Source: Candidatus Eiseniibacteriota bacterium (lineage in GTDB: Bacteria; Eisenbacteria; RBG-16-71-46). Taken from it: a stretch of 64,000 nt of DNA. Below the pieces are notes generated by a model. That model did no database searches. It worked only from the letters and a program-made list of their open reading frames with translations, and was not told the DNA's origin. The translations under genes were made by a program, and so were the position numbers. This document shows positions 62,843-64,000 of this stretch, piece by piece (the stretch's first letter is position 1; each line of letters starts with the position of its first letter). The stretch spans positions 2,538-66,537 of the forward strand of contig DATEMP010000019.1 of NCBI GenBank assembly GCA_035275545.1. Direction: 5' to 3'.

Positions 62843-64000
62843 CTACCGCGCCAGGATCGCCACCCGGTTCGACTGGGACTCGGCCCCGGCGCGCACGCGC
62901 ACGAAGTAGATCCCGTTCGGGACCGCCTGCCCGCTTCCGTCCCTGCCCTGCCACTCGAACGTGTGACTGCCCGCCTCGCGCTTGCCGGCGAACAGCGACT
63001 GCACGCGGCGGCCCTGCGAGTCGTAGACGTCCACGTTGACGTCGGTCGCGCGCCCCAAGTCGAACTGGATCCTGGAGCCCGAGCCGAACGACGCGGCGCC
63101 GAAGCGCGACTCGACCTTGACCGGAGAGAGCAGTGCCCCGGCCCGTGCCGGCGCCGCGCCCGCCCCGGCGCGCTGCACGGTCTTCGCCCCGGGCGTGAAC
63201 GTGATGAGCTCCAGCCGGTCGCCGGACTCGGGGTCGCGCTCGAGCATGAGGCCCACGTTGGTGGCGTAGAACTTGTGCTCTTCCGAGCCGGGATCGAGCG
63301 GCGTGAAGTCCTTGGTGACCACGCAGTGCCCGTCGCAGTCGGCGCCCGGAACGGTCTCGTCGCCGGTCAGGCTGATGACCTCCGCCATGTCCTCGGCAGT
63401 GCCGAGCGCGAACTCCTGGCGGTAGACGTCGCCCACCTCGGGATCAGCCTTCATGATGAGCCCGGGGAGTGCCCCGTCCTCGCCCGCCAGCCACGAGCCT
63501 TCCAGGCTGGTCACCACGCCTTCCTCGATGGTCTCCGAGTGCTCGCCGAAGTACCAGACGTTGCCGTCCTCGTCGACCGCGAAGTAGTCCTGGGTGTTCT
63601 CGGTGATCTCGCCCTTCTCGCGTACGACGTCCGTTACCACGAAGCACTCGACGCCCATGACCTCGATGGTCTCGTCGGTCACGGTGACGTCGACCACCTC
63701 GCCCTCGCCCTCGTAGTGCCAGGTGGAGCCGGGCACGAGCGGGAAGTAGGGATTGGGATTGGCCGCCGCCGCCTCGGGGCTCCGGTAGTGGTCGGGATCG
63801 ATGTCGGGGTTGTAGCGCGCCTGGCCGAGATCGCGGCAGGCGTCGTTGCGCGCCTCGAACTGGTCGCGGCATTCCTTCTCGGCCTCGCGCAGCGCGTCCT
63901 TGGTCTCCTCGATGCAGGCTTCGCGATCGCTCTCGTCGGCGATGTTCAGACATGCGCCGAACGCGGTCCAGTAGTCCGCCTGGATCTCTGCCTTGCAGGC
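62843..64000 (-). CDS. Partial CDS (N-terminus beyond right edge): secreted protein with FlgD-Ig-like C-terminal domain
   Basis: The track lists 62843..63736 from an internal GTG. The same frame stays open to position 64000, reading ...CKAEIQADYWTAFGACLNIADESDREACIEETKDALREAEKECRDQFEARNDACRDLGQARYNPDIDPDHYRSPEAAAANPNPYFPLVPGSTW. C-terminus is IQFDLGRATDVNVDVYDSQGRRV...GIYFVRV. Confidence 0.75.
   Translation of the reverse strand, partial: ACKAEIQADYWTAFGACLNIADESDREACIEETKDALREAEKECRDQFEARNDACRDLGQARYNPDIDPDHYRSPEAAAANPNPYFPLVPGSTWHYEGEGEVVDVTVTDETIEVMGVECFVVTDVVREKGEITENTQDYFAVDEDGNVWYFGEHSETIEEGVVTSLEGSWLAGEDGALPGLIMKADPEVGDVYRQEFALGTAEDMAEVISLTGDETVPGADCDGHCVVTKDFTPLDPGSEEHKFYATNVGLMLERDPESGDRLELITFTPGAKTVQRAGAGAAPARAGALLSPVKVESRFGAASFGSGSRIQFDLGRATDVNVDVYDSQGRRVQSLFAGKREAGSHTFEWQGRDGSGQAVPNGIYFVRVRAGAESQSNRVAILAR

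Noticed and set aside
1-64000. CRISPR arrays, rRNA and tRNA genes, integrases and transposases.
   Set aside because: I saw no regularly spaced short direct repeats, no T-loop-type GTTCGAATC/GTTCAAATC motifs in intergenic DNA, and no ORF with tyrosine/serine recombinase or DDE motifs. A tRNAscan/Infernal run would be needed to be certain about small RNAs.

Overview
This is high-GC bacterial chromosomal DNA (single 60-nt lines reach about 47/60 G+C by hand count). It is densely coding, and the many long antisense ORFs in the track are high-GC artefacts. I call about 55 genes.

The backbone is dominated by secreted repeat proteins: BNR/Asp-box, NHL, Kelch, PQQ-like and HAF-like repeats, plus two metzincin proteases. 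Eight of them end in the same roughly 80-aa FlgD-Ig/T9SS-like C-terminal domain. Three others end in a short W-G-x-x-K-x-x-[YW]-R tail. This pattern suggests an FCB-group or Gemmatimonadota-like organism, which is inference only.

Recognisable housekeeping and regulatory genes:
- MATE efflux pump, ribA, cspA, lhr and pcm
- a FabH-like KAS III
- a Ser/Thr kinase fused to TolB-like propellers
- a BlaI/BlaR1-type pair
- a STAS-GNAT pair
- an operon of cNMP-binding histidine kinase, small protein and response-regulator/thioredoxin-reductase fusion
- Doc/AbrB and RelE(HigB)/XRE toxin-antitoxin pairs

The most interesting part is a visibly lower-GC accessory island at about 29.8-41.6 kb, between cspA and lhr (for example 28/60 G+C at 38701-38760). 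In order it carries:
- an HNH nuclease with an N-terminal reader-like domain
- a fused Type IIG restriction-modification enzyme (PD..ExK nuclease plus NPPY methylase)
- a HerA/FtsK-type ATPase tightly followed by a class I SAM methyltransferase that lacks DNA-methylase catalytic motifs
- a roughly 95-nt frameshifted relic copy of an internal lhr segment
- a protein with a HEPN-like Rx4H motif plus a coupled 49-aa ORF
- a pair of nuclease-like genes, one with a clear D..ExK motif

The ATPase-methyltransferase module and its helicase relic are my best candidate for an undescribed defence system.

I found no rRNA, tRNA, CRISPR array, integrase or transposase. All family assignments come from motif recognition by eye, because no searches were run.
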